A DNA stretch of 64,000 bases from Octopus vulgaris. Its lineage: Eukaryota. The DNA lies in contig OX597815.1 in assembly GCA_951406725.2 (NCBI GenBank), positions 193,812,001 to 193,876,000 on the forward strand, read 5' to 3'. Numbering within the stretch: position 1 is the stretch's first letter; every line of letters begins with the position of its first letter. Shown here piece by piece: positions 36,600 to 50,598 of this stretch. The notes below the pieces were generated by a model. It searched no databases. It worked only from the letters and a program-made list of their open reading frames with translations, and was not told the origin of the DNA. The position numbers and the translations under genes are program-made.

Positions 36600-36803
36600 C
36601 ATGATAGATCGTTAGCTCCTACACGCATTTTTTTCTCTCCTTGTTTCTCTCTTTGTTTTTTTCTGTGTATCTTTCTGTCGAAGAGCGTAGGCTCGAAACG
36701 TAAAATACTTTTTCTATTTCTATTCCTGAGCGCTATACTAATACATTTGTTTGTTTTTACTCCACCTGCCTTCGTCTTTTGTTTATTTTCATAAACTTTC
36801 CCG

Positions 36804-36805
<2 letters not shown>
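36600..36805 (+). mobile_element. Penelope pLTR-like repeat with a variant hammerhead (36671-36706)
   Basis: CTTT-CTGTCGA-A-GAGC GTAG GCTC-GAAAC-GTA-AAA; ends in (TA)n. Confidence 0.6.
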
Positions 36806-36857
<52 letters not shown>

Positions 36858-37517
36858 CGTACATGATGTAATTACAGGCAGCTAAACAATAATAGAACCA
36901 GAACTATTAATAAAAAAGTAATTATTTAACCAAAGGGTCTCACAGTTACTTCTAACAAGGCGTCTAAGCTCCCTCAGAATCGTAGGCTCGTACCAGTTGT
37001 TCCACCTGCCACAATTCCTACCTCTGTTTTAGTTTGTCAGGTTCGTGATGGAAAGACAACGTATGAGAAACGAGGCAAACAAAGCTGGGTGCAACAATGT
37101 CTTTAGATATAAATGGTACACCCTTAGGACATCCAGAGAAGAAGCGGCTACTATAATAGTGATGGAAGTAGCGGGGTTAGAACACAGCTCAAAGATGCAC
37201 CAAAGTTTGTAATTTTTATGATTGTTAGTTTGACTAGAGGCTCAACATTTCTCGTATAAGATCTACAACGACTGAGATCGTACTGAGAATATAATTTCAA
37301 ATGTACGTATAAGTAGTGATCGTGATGAGAGAACAGCAATAGAGATGTGAGAGCGGTAATCGAGATGTTTAATCGGCAATTACTGTGTGAAGCAGTTGTT
37401 ATGATGTTGGTCAAGGTATTTTGGTCTTTATCAAGGGTATCGAATATTTGAGCTTTGCATCGATATGTTTATTTAATTGTATTTTATTAAAACCTATATC
37501 TTGTGATGTAGTCATGA

Positions 37518-37573
<56 letters not shown>

Positions 37574-37580
37574 GTGATTA

Positions 37581-37797
37581 AGGCAGCGAATCGGCAGAAC
37601 TGTTAGTGCGCAGGACAAAAATGCTAAGCGATATTTCGTCCGTCATTATGTTTCTGATGTCAAATTCCGCCGAGGTAGACTTCGCCCTTATCGTCTCGGG
37701 TTCGATAAAATAAATATCAGTTGAGCACCGGGGCTCGATGCAATGGAGAAGACTCTGTCCTAAAATCTGCCAGCATTGTGCCTATAGTAGAAAGGAT
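37581..37797 (+). mobile_element. Diverged SINE family A, alternative tail
   Basis: Degenerate family A sequence. Confidence 0.75.
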
Positions 37798-38446
37798 ATG
37801 ATACGCGGCTGTCATGAAAGAGTCTGTACACGGCTTCTGCGTCGTTGCTTGATATGCTAGACAAGGCGTTGGCAATGTTTTTCAAGAACAGGGCCGCATG
37901 AGACAGGGCTCATCATCAGGTAGGCCGCACTACTAAAAATCGTTCAAAATACTTTTTCGCTGGCTTTCATTCAGAAAGTCCCTCGGGCTGCAGTCTGACT
38001 CTGTTTAACAGCTGGACAATAACAATCAAATCTCTCTCAAACCACACCCTACCGTCTTAAAACAAGGAAAAATGGCTCGGATAGGTCAGTGCTACGTAAC
38101 CCTAAAAGAAGGGATGTTCGTGGCTCGAATACTTTTTGTTTGATCATAGATCTGATCGATTAGGGCTGACCTGAAGTTAAACAACAACAACAACAACCGT
38201 TCAAGAATTTGGACCTTGAGATCTCCATTTCCAGTGACTTCGAGGGCCACCTCCCAGTGGTGTCGGGCGTCAACGAAGAGCCCTCGACTACAACAAGACG
38301 ACCAAAGTTTTTTTTCCCAAGGTCTGGAGTCTCCCGCCCACAAGCCCTAAACCATCATCTAATCACCCTCACCCGTCTTGTTGCTTAACAACAACAACAA
38401 CAACAACAACAAAAAACAACAACAAACGGTTATGCTACAGATAAAA

Positions 38447-38861
38447 GGCGGCGAGCTGGCAGAATCGTTAGCACGCCGGACGAAATGCGTAGCAGTATTT
38501 CGTCTGCCGTTACGTTCTGAGTTCAAATTCCGCCGAGGTTGACTTTGCCTTTCATCCTTTCGGGGTCGATTAAATAAGTACCAGTTACGCACTGGGGTCG
38601 ATATAATCGACTTAATCCGTTTGTCTGTCCTTGCGTGTCCCCTCTGTGTTTAGCCCCTTGTGGGTAATAAAGAAATACGTATTTCGTCTGCCGTTACGTT
38701 CTGAGTTCAAATTCCGCCGAGATTGACTTTGCCTTTCATCCTTTCGGGGTCGATTAAATAAGTACCAGTTACGCACTGGGGTCGATATAATCGACTTAAT
38801 CCGTTTGTCTGTCCTTGCGTGTCCCCTCTGTGTTTAGTCCCTTGTGGGTAGTAAAGAAATA
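38447..38861 (+). mobile_element. SINE family A dimer
   Basis: Units start at 38494 and 38678 (184 bp apart); imperfect TSD GGTTAT(G/A)CTACAG(A/C)TAAA at 38428-38445 and 38862-38879. Confidence 0.92.
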
Positions 38862-39322
38862 GGTTATACTACAGCTAAATGCCCTCACAGCATCCCTAAT
38901 GTATGAATATGAAAGAATAAAATTAAATCAGAGTTAATTAATGAAAACAATTTTTTTTTTCCTAATTTGGAAAGTAAAAATAATTGCTTACTTGTGATTA
39001 GATTTTCTTCTGAATCCATTTTAGCTCAGATGATGGGCAAAAGCTATGCATATACTGTATGTGTTATGTATAAACTACATAAACTGTATAAATATATGTT
39101 TGTCCCTCCGTGTGTGTGTGTTTGTGTAAACCGTTTTATCTTTTCCGCCGATCCTGCTTAATAATATTTGGTTCGCCTCCTGGAATGCATTTGACAATCC
39201 AACTCAGATCAAGTTGCCGAACTTTCTCCTTGTGTGTATTCGTACATGCGCAAGTGTTTGTGTTGTGTTGTACGTGCGTGCGCGTTTGTACGTACGTGTG
39301 TGTATGTGTGGCTGTGTGTGGT

Positions 39323-39355
<33 letters not shown>

Positions 39356-39749
39356 TTTGAGGAGAGGTAAGGTCGAGTATTCAAACGCACAACAAAAGGA
39401 ATGCGCCGAAGGTTTTCTTTAGTCAAATGATGTATATTATCTCAAGTGGTCATTTAGCTCACAGCACTCCTCCTTCCTATCCTCCAATCCCTTTGGAAAA
39501 GCGAAGCAAAATTAAATTAAACACCAAAGTTACATTAGATGCAGTGTTATCAGAAAGATCAAAACTCTTGTTGTTGGACTTCATTGTTATTATTGCTCTT
39601 GGGCGGTTGATAAGTGTATTTGTTATAGCTGCTGTTTTACATTATTCTTGTTCTACTTATTGCTGTATCATTGCCGTCGTTAAGTTGTTTGTTTGTTTGT
39701 TTGTATGTTTGTTTGTTTATACTAACTTACAAATCCAGCTTCCGCAACA

Positions 39750-40188
39750 GAGATCTTTTCGGTTTGAACGGCAGTTTTTTTCTAGCGGTGTCATATGAAA
39801 TTGTCACCCATAATTATGACCCTAGTATCGATCTATTGCATTTCAATCTGTTTTAGGGTTAGAGTTAGGGTTAGGGTTAGGGTTAGGGGTGAGGGGAAGG
39901 GTATCATTTTTTCTTCAAAAATGTAAATAAACCCAATCTGTTTCTTAAACGATGGACATATTCATACGGCACACAGTGTTTTCACCTCAATAGACGTCAT
40001 TGATTGGTTGAAATTGCAGAAATTGAAGAAAAAAAACAACAAATATCTTACAAACTGTAGAATTTTCTCGATAAAGCCAAGAGAAAAAGATGTTTTATAA
40101 ATACATTCAACCAGTATACGAAGTTTAAAAGTGTTTAATTACGTGGAAATTATTTTTAAAAACTGCCGGTCAAACCGAAAAAAAACCC
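39750..40188. mobile_element. MITE with internal telomere-type (TTAGGG)n
   Basis: TIRs TTTTCGGTTTGAACGGCAGTTTT / AAAACTGCCGGTCAAACCGAAAA; 6-bp flanking duplication GCAACA; related copies at 54821-55466. Confidence 0.8.
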
Positions 40189-40387
40189 GCAACAGAGTTC
40201 TCAGAACCAACAATATTACAAGGGAACGGAAAAGAGAATATATGCTTAATTATAAGTTTTTCTTCCTTCATCGTGATCTGAAACAAATAATTAATCTAGA
40301 ATTTAAAATTGAGATCTGTAAGTCACTGTGATATCGCTATAATTTTCCATGATACTCAAATGTCAGGTCGCTCTTCAGAGCTACTGG

Positions 40388-40610
40388 TACCATGTAGTCC
40401 AGAACAACTTGTTCCATGGTCGGGTCGTCGGCAACTAAACTGGCAACCCCACCAGGCTTGCTTGGTGAGGTGGGTGCTTGTTGAACATCCCGCGGGACAA
40501 AAATAAAGACCCGTCAAAGAGCAGAGGGACTACAAAGTAGTCAACGGCCATTCAACTACGTGCGTTTGTGGAGTGTTTGTGTGTGTGTACTGTATATATT
40601 ACATTTTAAG

Positions 40611-40673
<63 letters not shown>

Positions 40674-42935
40674 TGTGTGCGTGCGTGTGTATGGTAAATA
40701 CTGTGTTTCAGCATGTGCGTGTACATACTGCATATTGTGTTTTTAAATTCTATATATTGTATACTCTTTTACTTGTTTCAGTCATTTGGCTGCGGCCATA
40801 CTGAAGCACCGCCTTTTAGTCGAGCAAATCGACCCCGGGACTTATTCTTTGTAAGCCCACTACTTATTTTATCGGTCTCTTTTGCCGAACAGCTAAGTTA
40901 CGGGGACGTAAACACACCAGCATCGGTTGTCGAGTGATGTTTGGGGGGACAAACACAGACACACAAACACACATACATACACACACATATATATATATAC
41001 ACATATATACGACAGGCTTCTTTCAGTTTCCGTCTACCAAATCTACTCACAAGGCACTGGTCGGCCCGGGGCTATAGCAGAACATACTTGCCCAAGATGC
41101 CACGCAGTGGGACTGAACCTGGAACCATGTGGTTGGTTAGCAAGCTACTTACCACACATCCACTCCTGCGCCTTATTTTTTAAAATTTACTCAGTTTTTA
41201 TCCCAATTTTTTATTTATATTTATTTCTCTTATTTTAATTTTTTTTTAATAAATAGATGATGGGTAGATAGACCTCCTCTGTTTACCCAAGCCGTGGCGA
41301 AGGCAGTCTATCTAGGAGAAAGTAACTCTGAATTTAAATACTTCACTGCTGTCTTGTAGTTAGCCTTTGATTGGGCAACGAATGGGAGAAGGACACTCTG
41401 ATGTAAAACCTGCGACTGCAAATGCACCCAATGATGTCGACTTTGGAATCATGCTTTGTAGTTTAGAGAGTGGGAATGGTTGCTGTGAAAAACTTTTCCT
41501 CACTTTAAAAAGTGTCAAGCGCAGGTATTGCTGGAGAGAGAAAAAAAGAAATGGATATCTTGTACGTACATGGCTGGCCGAAGCTTAAAAAGCACATCTG
41601 AAGAATGAAAAATCATATTGATAATGAAGTAAAAGGCAAAAAGGGCTCTGGAACATTTTGTTCTGTGGTCTGGCCCGGCAGGTGTCCCGGAGCACCACAG
41701 CCTGGATCCGGTCGTCATCTTGCAACTGTGACTAAATTCAAGTTAAGATGCAAGCCTATGAATATAGGATGTTCGAATGTTCGAACGTTGTTAGACAATG
41801 ATTGTCTGAAATCTCGTCCGGAGAGATCTGCTATTGTTGCAAAAGAGTTACAGCGATATGATATGGATGTTGTAGCGTTAGACGAAACAAGAATTCACGG
41901 AAAAGGGAATTTTGTAGAAAAACCTGCTGGGTAGCATTTTTTTTTGGTGGGGGGGGGGCGGTAGAGAGGAGTCGTATAAGAGAGAATCAGGAGAGGGATT
42001 TGCTATCAAAACCACTCTGGCTTCAAAACTTGAGGAACTGCCATGTCATCATTCGGATCGTTTAATGTCTTTAAGGCTGCCATTAAGAAAAGGTCGCTAT
42101 GCAACCCTCATAAGTGCATATGCTCCATCTATGAATTCATCAGAGGATAATAAACTTGCCTGCGATCTATCACTTACAGAGATTATACGCGATATCGCCC
42201 ATGATGACAAAGTTGTCATTTTGGGTGATTTTAATGCTCGCGTTTGTGCAGATTGGGAGACCTGGGGTGTCCTAGGAAAGCATGGGGTTTGGGAGTTCCA
42301 ACAGTAATGGTTTGCTACTGTTACAAATGTGCGTAGAGATGGATTTGTGTGTCATGAATACAATGTTACGACTAAAGAATAAGTATAAAACGACAAAGAT
42401 GCACCCTGATTCTAAGAAATGGCATCTTATAGATTACATCCTCACCAGGAAAGGAGATACTAGGGACTTTGCTATTGTACGAGTGATGCGTGGTGCAGAG
42501 TGCTGGACTGATTATAGGCTTTTACGTGCCAAGGTGAATTTTGTTGACAAGCCTAAAGTTAGAGCAAATAATGTCAAATTACCTAAACGGATTGATGTGA
42601 ATAAACTTAAGATTCCGTCAGTACGCAGTGAGTTTGTGAGTGAGATAAATGATTTGTCCTGTGATGGAAGCTGGAAGTCATTCAAATAGAGTACGAGATT
42701 TGTAGTAATATTCTTGGCTTTGTTGTAAAGAAACACCAAGATTGGTTTGATGATAATGAGGAAAAAGTTAATCTTATCTTAGAGGAGAAGCGAAAGGCAT
42801 TTAACATGTTGCAAAATGTTGACATATCAACGAACAGGACAGTGGCTACATATTTCAAGGCTGTAAAAGCAACAGTGCATAGGAAGCTGTGGGTGATGCA
42901 GGAAAATTGATGGAGTGATAGATGCGATGAAATCC
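40388..42935 (+). pseudogene. RTE-clade LINE, 5' UTR and APE endonuclease region, 3'-truncated and interrupted by (TG)n and SINE B
   Basis: IGCSNVRTL, ELQRYDMDVVALDETR, LISAYAP, ILGDFNARV, WHLIDYIL, RGAECWTDYRLL, KHQDWFD (41757-42930, frameshifted). The 5' boundary is inferred. Confidence 0.85.
40762..41172 (-). mobile_element. SINE family B
   Basis: Family B head and tail. Confidence 0.9.
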
Positions 42936-43384
42936 AGCTGTGGGGTATAGCTGATTTCATCGATCCGAATACTTGATTGATACTTTATTTTATCGATCTC
43001 ATGAGGATAAAAGTCAAATTTGATTCATTAAGCACGGTGAGGGGCTATTTTTCACTGGTGTGAGGGGTGAATGCCGTATAAAATTAACAATTCATCCCTC
43101 TTGCTGAAAGTATATTCTAATGATACTTACCTTTTATCAGAGAAGAGAAAAGCAGGCCTTTTATTACAAATCATATTTTAAAGGCCGATGTTCAGATTAA
43201 ACACCTATGACTCGACATCTATGAGGACTAAAACCTGAATGGGAAATAAATCCCAAAAGGTTGGCGTTTTCCAGAAGGACTGAGTAATGTAGTGAGCGTG
43301 GGATCTAGGTTGAAATTTTCGATATGAGTGATGAAAGGAAGGAACTCAGATGTGCGAGTGCGCCAGATTAGAGATGGTGCGATA

Positions 43385-44010
43385 CAGTGGCGGATCGTAG
43401 ATAAGATTAGTTGGGGTGCAACTTCAGAAAATTGTTTACCGTTGTTTTAATATTGTGTAACAGGAAACATATAAAAACAAAATTTATAGATAAACTTGAC
43501 CGGTTCGCGTTTTAGCTACTGCCGAGTAGTGTGTTTAATTTGTTCACTGAACACCGTCTCGAATCCCCCTTGTTTTTCAAAAATCCCTACTTAATCACAA
43601 GATAAAGGGGAGAAATCTGCCCTATTTTTTAGATCCTGGTAACAACACTATAACTGGAAGCAGAATAACAATCTAATTTTACACTTTATCACATTCAAGA
43701 ATATAAACACGTTTTTAAGCACAACACACGCGGAGTCAAAAAGACATACTACCTTTCACCAGCACATTGCGTGAACGATAGCGCACTCTCTCCCTAGCGT
43801 GTAGCTTCCTATCTCGAACATGTGAAGTTTTTGTATTTTTCTCATAAACTAAGGTATGGCTACTGACATTTAGCTTAAGGATTATATAATGTACAAGTAT
43901 AAAGAAAGAATTAAAGGAGTAAGAACTCATTATATTGAATGTTATCGATGATATCGAGTGGAAATAGGGGGTGCTGCAGCTCCGTAATGCCTATACAGGA
44001 GCCATCACTA
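43385..44010. mobile_element. hAT-type non-autonomous element
   Basis: Degenerate TIRs CAGTGGCGGATC / GAGCCATCACTA; 8-bp TSD GTGCGATA / GTGCCATA. Confidence 0.7.
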
Positions 44011-45930
44011 GTGCCATATAATCCCTTTTGTGAAGCTTCCCGTTAATTAAATAGGTTCTTTTTCTTACCCAATTCATTTGTGGTCATTTGCTTTTAGCTT
44101 TTAAAATTATTTACAAATTCAGAACAGTTGAGTGGACTGCAAAGGCGATGAGTCAACTAATTATTGAATGACACCCAAAAATAAAGTAGAACAAAACAAG
44201 CTCAGATTGTTTCACAAGCTGACATTATTTCGAACTGAAAAGAAGAGAGGACGTGGGAAACTGTTTCTTTAATATTTCCTCAAATTCCACATTAAGAAAT
44301 ACTTTCTCAAATACGGATCGGCTCCTTTTCAGTTTATAAAAAAGCTTTTGCACGTAGCTATGTGATTTAATATGAAAAAGCCACAGAAGTTCAGTTTTTT
44401 TTCCGTTTAATTTGATTGTTATTCATTGAATAATATCGAAGTTTTTTAATAAATATCTTGCTTGAAATAAATGTAAATATAACACGAGGTTCTCTTTGTT
44501 TTAATTCTCTTTTTTTATTTTTCAATGTATCAATTTATTTCCTTTACTGAAATGATGTAAACGAAACAATTTTACTAGAAGTATTTGTTCTTATTATTCG
44601 AGAACTTACTGTACCCTTTTTTCAAGTCGCTTTCGTTGAAATGCAGGTGCTACTTCGGCGTGTGATCGACAACATAAAGGGCGATTATTTAGGTTACTTT
44701 TTCGTTTACTTTTCAATTTCTAAAACCCCTTAAAATGTTGGTTAAAAATCTTTAAAGATAAATTCTTATGTTCATACTTAGCATTGTAACTGTATTTTTT
44801 CAAAATTCTTACTATTTTGATAATAACAAAACCCTGTTTCGTTTATGTCTTAGTAAATGATAATAAGAAACAAAGAAGAAACAATATGATAATTAAGATG
44901 AGCGCATAGATCACACAAGTTTGGCAGCCGCGTGTTTTGCAACGTAAAGAAACTAAAAACTAACCTAAAGTAATTGTCCTTGAAGTTGCAGATCACACAC
45001 CAAAGTAGCATCGAAAAGCAATCCAAATTACGCTTCAGTCAACCTTCATGCTGCCCAGTGTCTAACTGTTCCGGTTTTTTTATGGGGTTTTTGTTGGTTC
45101 TTTTTTGTTTTTTGATAGGGTTTGGGGTTTTTACTTTGTTTTTTTTTTTTCGTGTCCTGGTTCCTCTCTGCCTCCGACAGGTTCTCCGAACAGATCCTCG
45201 TCCCTAAGTTCCATCAACGAAATTCGAGATCTTGCGTTTCAAAAAGAATCTGACGTCCATGACCCTATAATTGCAGAGATTTCCTTTTATCAGTCAAACA
45301 CCCACTGACAAACTGTCAATAGATCTCATTGCCTCAAATTTTGCCATGTTCATAAATTGTTTTGTGTGTGTGTGTGTGTGCGTGTTTACCTTGAAGATCA
45401 TGTCCAAACGTACGTCAACTAATATTCAATAAGATTTTCGGTTTTTTTTTTTTCTTTTTTTTTTTGTCTGTGTTTGCAGTAATGAGTAATAGAAGCCACT
45501 CTATTAGATTGACCAATGTTAGCATTACATAGTAACATCAAATGATGGTCCAAAAAGAAGGATATGCTCAGCTTACCAGATAATGAAATGCGGTGGGTAA
45601 CAGACTGGAAAAACGAAACAAAAACCAATTAAAACATTCGTGCAACCATTTTAATGTTTATCGGATTTTTCTTGTCATATATCAAGGCCCCCGTTTCGAA
45701 ATCCATAATTGACTTTTTAAATACAGTCGATCAAAAGCAGACAAAAATGTCAACTAATTCATTTTATTTCATATTTTCCACGATAACATAAAAGATATAA
45801 TGCAATGATCCTTTTTAGTAAATTCGTATGGTTTCCGCTGAAGATACATTTCGTAATATTATCAATAAGAAATGTTAAATGACTGTTGCACTCGTTTTAT
45901 GGACATGCTGAAAATCACTTGGAAAAAAAT

Positions 45931-46093
45931 TGTGGCTGTGTGGTAAGTAGCTTGCTTACGAACCACATGGTTCCGGGTTCAAACCCACTGCGTGACGCCT
46001 AGGGCAAATGTCTTCTACTATAGCCTCGGGTCGACCAAAGCCTTGTGAGTGGATTTGGTAGACGGAAACTGAAAGAAGCACGTCGTATATATG

Positions 46094-46133
<40 letters not shown>

Positions 46134-46348
46134 GTGTCTGTGTATGCTTGTCTGTCTGTGTTTGTCCCCCCAACATCGCTTGACAACCGATGCTGGTGTG
46201 TTTACGTCTCCGTAACTTAGCTGTTCGGCAAGAAAGACCGATAGAATAAGTACTAGGCTTACAAAGAATAAGTCCTGGGGTCGATTTGGTTCGACTAATG
46301 GCGGTGCTCCAGCATGGTCGCAGTCAAATGACTGAAACAAGTAAAAGA
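45931..46348 (+). mobile_element. SINE family B
   Basis: Family B head and tail. Confidence 0.9.
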
Positions 46349-46438
46349 TAGACTTAACTTAAACAAGGTCCCCCACATATTTAGAAATTCGATATGACAA
46401 AATATTTTTCTTGTCTTTTATAAGTAGAAACATACAAT

Positions 46439-46757
46439 CAGTGGCGGACTGGCCAGGTTGCCAGTTTGCCCGATGGCAAGTGGGGCCCTATGCCATTAGA
46501 ATCCATACATGGAAGCTCATGTTAGTATCTAAGGGGCCCATCCCCTCAAGTTTGAGAATTTTTTTATTCACTCCTGGAAGAATGCATTATTTTCAGCCTG
46601 GCTCTGTTTGTAGACAGTTGAAAATGAATACTTTTAAGAACAACAACAACAAAAAAATCAAATGATTGCACTGTAGTTGCGGTAGGCCCCTTTGTAGTTG
46701 CGGGTGGTCCCCCTTAGTCTCCTGGCAACCAATATTTTTAGACCTAGTCCGCCACTG
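46439..46757. mobile_element. hAT-type MITE
   Basis: TIRs CAGTGGCGGACT / AGTCCGCCACTG; 8-bp TSD CATACAAT / CTTACAAT. Confidence 0.85.
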
Positions 46758-46899
46758 CTTACAATGTTAAGTTAGCTGGTCTGAGGAGCATATCCAGTCT
46801 CAAGAAAATAATGCCATTTATTGGTTTAACTGAAATGAAATAAGCAATACAATTCTTCTATACATGAAAGAGGGTTTTTATTATCTGTATTTATTTTAA

Positions 46900-47505
46900 G
46901 GCGGCGGGCTGGCAGAAACGTTAGCACGCCGGACGAAGTGCTTAGTAGCATTTCGTCTGCCGTTACGTTCTGAGTTCAAATTCCGCCGAGGTCGACTTTG
47001 CCCTTCATCCTTTCGGGGTCGATTAAATAAGTACCAGTTTCGCACTGGGGTCGATATAATCGACTTAATCCGTTTGTCTGTCCTTGTTTGTCCCCTCTGT
47101 GTTTAGCCCCTTGTGGGCAATAATGAAATAGGAAACGTTAGCACGCCGGGCGAAATGCTTAGCGGTATTTCGTCTGCCGTTACGTTCTGAGTTCAAATTA
47201 CGCCGAGGTCGACTTTGCCTTTCATCTTTTCGGGGTCGATTAAATAAGTACCAGTTACGCACTGGGGTCGATATAATCGACTTAATTCGTTTGTCTGTCC
47301 CCTCTGTGTGTAGCCCCTTGTGGGTAGTAAAGAAATAGGTATTTCACCCCTCGCTACGTTCTGAGTTCAAGTTCCACCGAGGTCGACGTTTCCTTTCATC
47401 TCTTCGGGGACGATAAATTAAGTACCAGTTGCATACTGCGGTCGATCCAATCGACTGACCTCCTCCCCCAAAATTTCGGACCTTGTACTTAGAGTAAAAA
47501 AGATG
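46900..47505 (+). mobile_element. SINE family A trimer
   Basis: First junction re-enters within the head (~47131). Second is GAAATA|GGTATTTC (~47337) into an alternative-tail unit. Confidence 0.88.
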
Positions 47506-47624
47506 ATTTGTATCTTTTTCTTTTCTTTTCTAAAATCGTTTTGTACCCAACCAGTAGAGCTCAGTAGAGATCAGTAAAAAAATATATATTCATAAAAATG
47601 ACGGAAAACAGGTTGATATTTGGT

Positions 47625-48038
47625 ACTCTTTTACTCTTTTACTTGTTTCAGTCATTTGACTGCGGCCATGCTGGAGCACCACCTTTAGTCGAGCAAATCG
47701 ACCCCGGGACTTATTCTTTGTAAGCCCAGTACTTATTCTATCGGTCTCTTTTGCCGAACCGCTAAGTTACGGGGACGTAAACACACCAGCATTGTTGTCA
47801 AGCAATGCTAGGGGGACAAACACAAACACACAAACATATACACACACACTTATATATATATATACATATATACATATATACGACAGGCTTCTTTCAGTTT
47901 CCGTCTACCAAATCCACTCACAAGGCATTGGTCGGCTCGGCGCTATAGCAGAAGACACTTGCCCAAGATGCCACGCAGTGGGACTGAACCCGAACCATGT
48001 GGTTGGTTAGCAAGCTACTTACCACACAGCCACTCCTG
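47625..48038 (-). mobile_element. SINE family B
   Basis: Family B head and tail. Confidence 0.9.
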
Positions 48039-48364
48039 ATTAAGAAATTTTCACTTATTACGTATGAACAGTTTCTTTGAAGTATGGAAATAAACTGAAA
48101 ATAGGAAATATTTAACCTCAATCGTTTACTGAACGGGTATTGGACAATATGATTGGATTACGTCAACCTTTTTTACGTCAATCCCTTTGTAAGATTCCGG
48201 ATTCACAGTCAGTGTTTTCTATTAGCATTATTGAAATCTAACTTGTTGAACAAGATATAATTTATCTCTTTTCTCTCCTCCTTGCTCTCTCCAAATACAC
48301 ATGTATACGTATTATGCATATATATATTGTGTGTGTGTGTATGTGCGCGCGAATGTATATATGT

Positions 48365-49077
<713 letters not shown>

Positions 49078-49268
49078 AGAGTATATACGTATGTATGTAT
49101 ATATGCATACATGCAATACATACATACATACATACATACATACATACATACATACATACATACATACATACATACATACATACATACAAACATACATACA
49201 TACATACATACATACATACATACATACATACATACATACATACATACATACATACATACATACATACA

Positions 49269-49552
49269 TGGTGGCTGCCCCCTCGTTATCGAGTATGGCC
49301 ATTGCACGAAGCTTAATCAATGTTGTTATCGTGCAATGCCTGTGCAAGAAGATTTTTATTTTAAGTGGGGAAAGGCTGTGCACTGAGTCAATCCCACTCA
49401 CTAAGCAACAGCAGCCATAATCCGAAAAGAAGAACAAGTCAACATCATCGGTAACCATTGAGCCGCAGGTTTTATGTCGGAGTTATCCCAGTTACCTGAG
49501 TTATCTTCGCCTAGAAGGATGCCCTAACAAAGGCTAGGAGTCCTTCACTCCC
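49269..49552 (-). mobile_element. Short RTE-derived non-autonomous retroposon
   Basis: Minus-strand GGCATCCTTCTAGGCGAAGATAACTC resembles the RTE UTR motif at ~41302-41330; ends GCAGCCACCA followed by (TGTA)n. Confidence 0.45.
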
Positions 49553-50367
49553 AATGGTTTAACCGCGCGATCGGGTATTCAGTCCGATTATTTCTATGTT
49601 CCCGCGCATGATACAGCCTTAAGACATTTATTGGATGGCCGTTGACTCTCAAGAGTTCCTCCGCCCATACACACATACATACATATATATGATGGTATAA
49701 AAGTATAAACTGGCAGTCGATAGGTATCAAGTTAGTTTATAACGTTTTGATTTTCTTTTTTTTACTTCTAAATAATAAAAGCGAAATTCTGTCTGTTCGT
49801 CTAGGACCCCTATATCTCAGCCTACATTTGCTCTACATAGACATGCTATGCATTTTTGGAATCAGGATGACGCCAGGATTGAAATTCTGCCATTCGTTTG
49901 GTTCTTCAACATCCAGCATTGGGATCTGCTTTAAAAGCATTTAGGTTGTTATTTCTCTCAGGGAAAACTTGGCTGATTCAAGCCATCTTGGTGGCGTTTG
50001 CTAGATGACGTCAGAGATCAATGGGGGAGATAAATTACATTTGCTTTGTTAATTTTACGACGAGATTAGAACTTTGCAACAAATTGGTGAACAGTTGGAA
50101 TTCAATTTGAGATTGGAGCAATAGAATGATTGTATTACGGAATTAATTTTCGTCCGTCCTTAATCTCTGATCAAACCCCACTGGGGTATATAGTCATTAT
50201 AGGTATACTTTAGTCATGCTACTTAGCTCTCTTTAGTTTTGGGCCTCAGGCCCAATTAGCCCTCTGCAGTAGCCAGCTTGAAAGTCCGCACGGAGTGCGG
50301 TTTTTAAGCTGGTATTTTATAAACTGATTGATATCTATCGACTACCTGTTAATACTTTTGTACGGAA

Positions 50368-50598
50368 GGCGGCGAGCTGGCAGATACGTTAGCGCGCCGG
50401 GCGAAATGCTTAGAGGTATTTCGTCTGCCGTTACGTTGTGAGTTCAAATTCCGCCGAGGTCGACTTGGCCTTTCATCCTTTCGGGATCGATAAATAAAGT
50501 ACCAGTTTCGCACTGGGGGCGATATAATCGACTCAATCCCTTCGTCTGTTCTTGTTTGTCCCCTCTATGTTTAGCCCCTTCTGGACAGTAAAGGAATA
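50368..50598 (+). mobile_element. SINE family A monomer
   Basis: Family A sequence. Confidence 0.88.

Noticed and set aside
39852-39890. Telomere or chromosome fusion site
   Set aside because: Only a few TTAGGG units, embedded in a multi-copy MITE.
41259-41312. Second HDV-like fold in the RTE UTR (TGGGTA/TACCCA, ACCTCCTC, CGAA)
   Set aside because: P2 register and P1.1 GG do not fit and it is internal to the inferred UTR; too weak to call.
45150-45350. Possible small exon in unique sequence
   Set aside because: No convincing splice-site pair or recognisable peptide.
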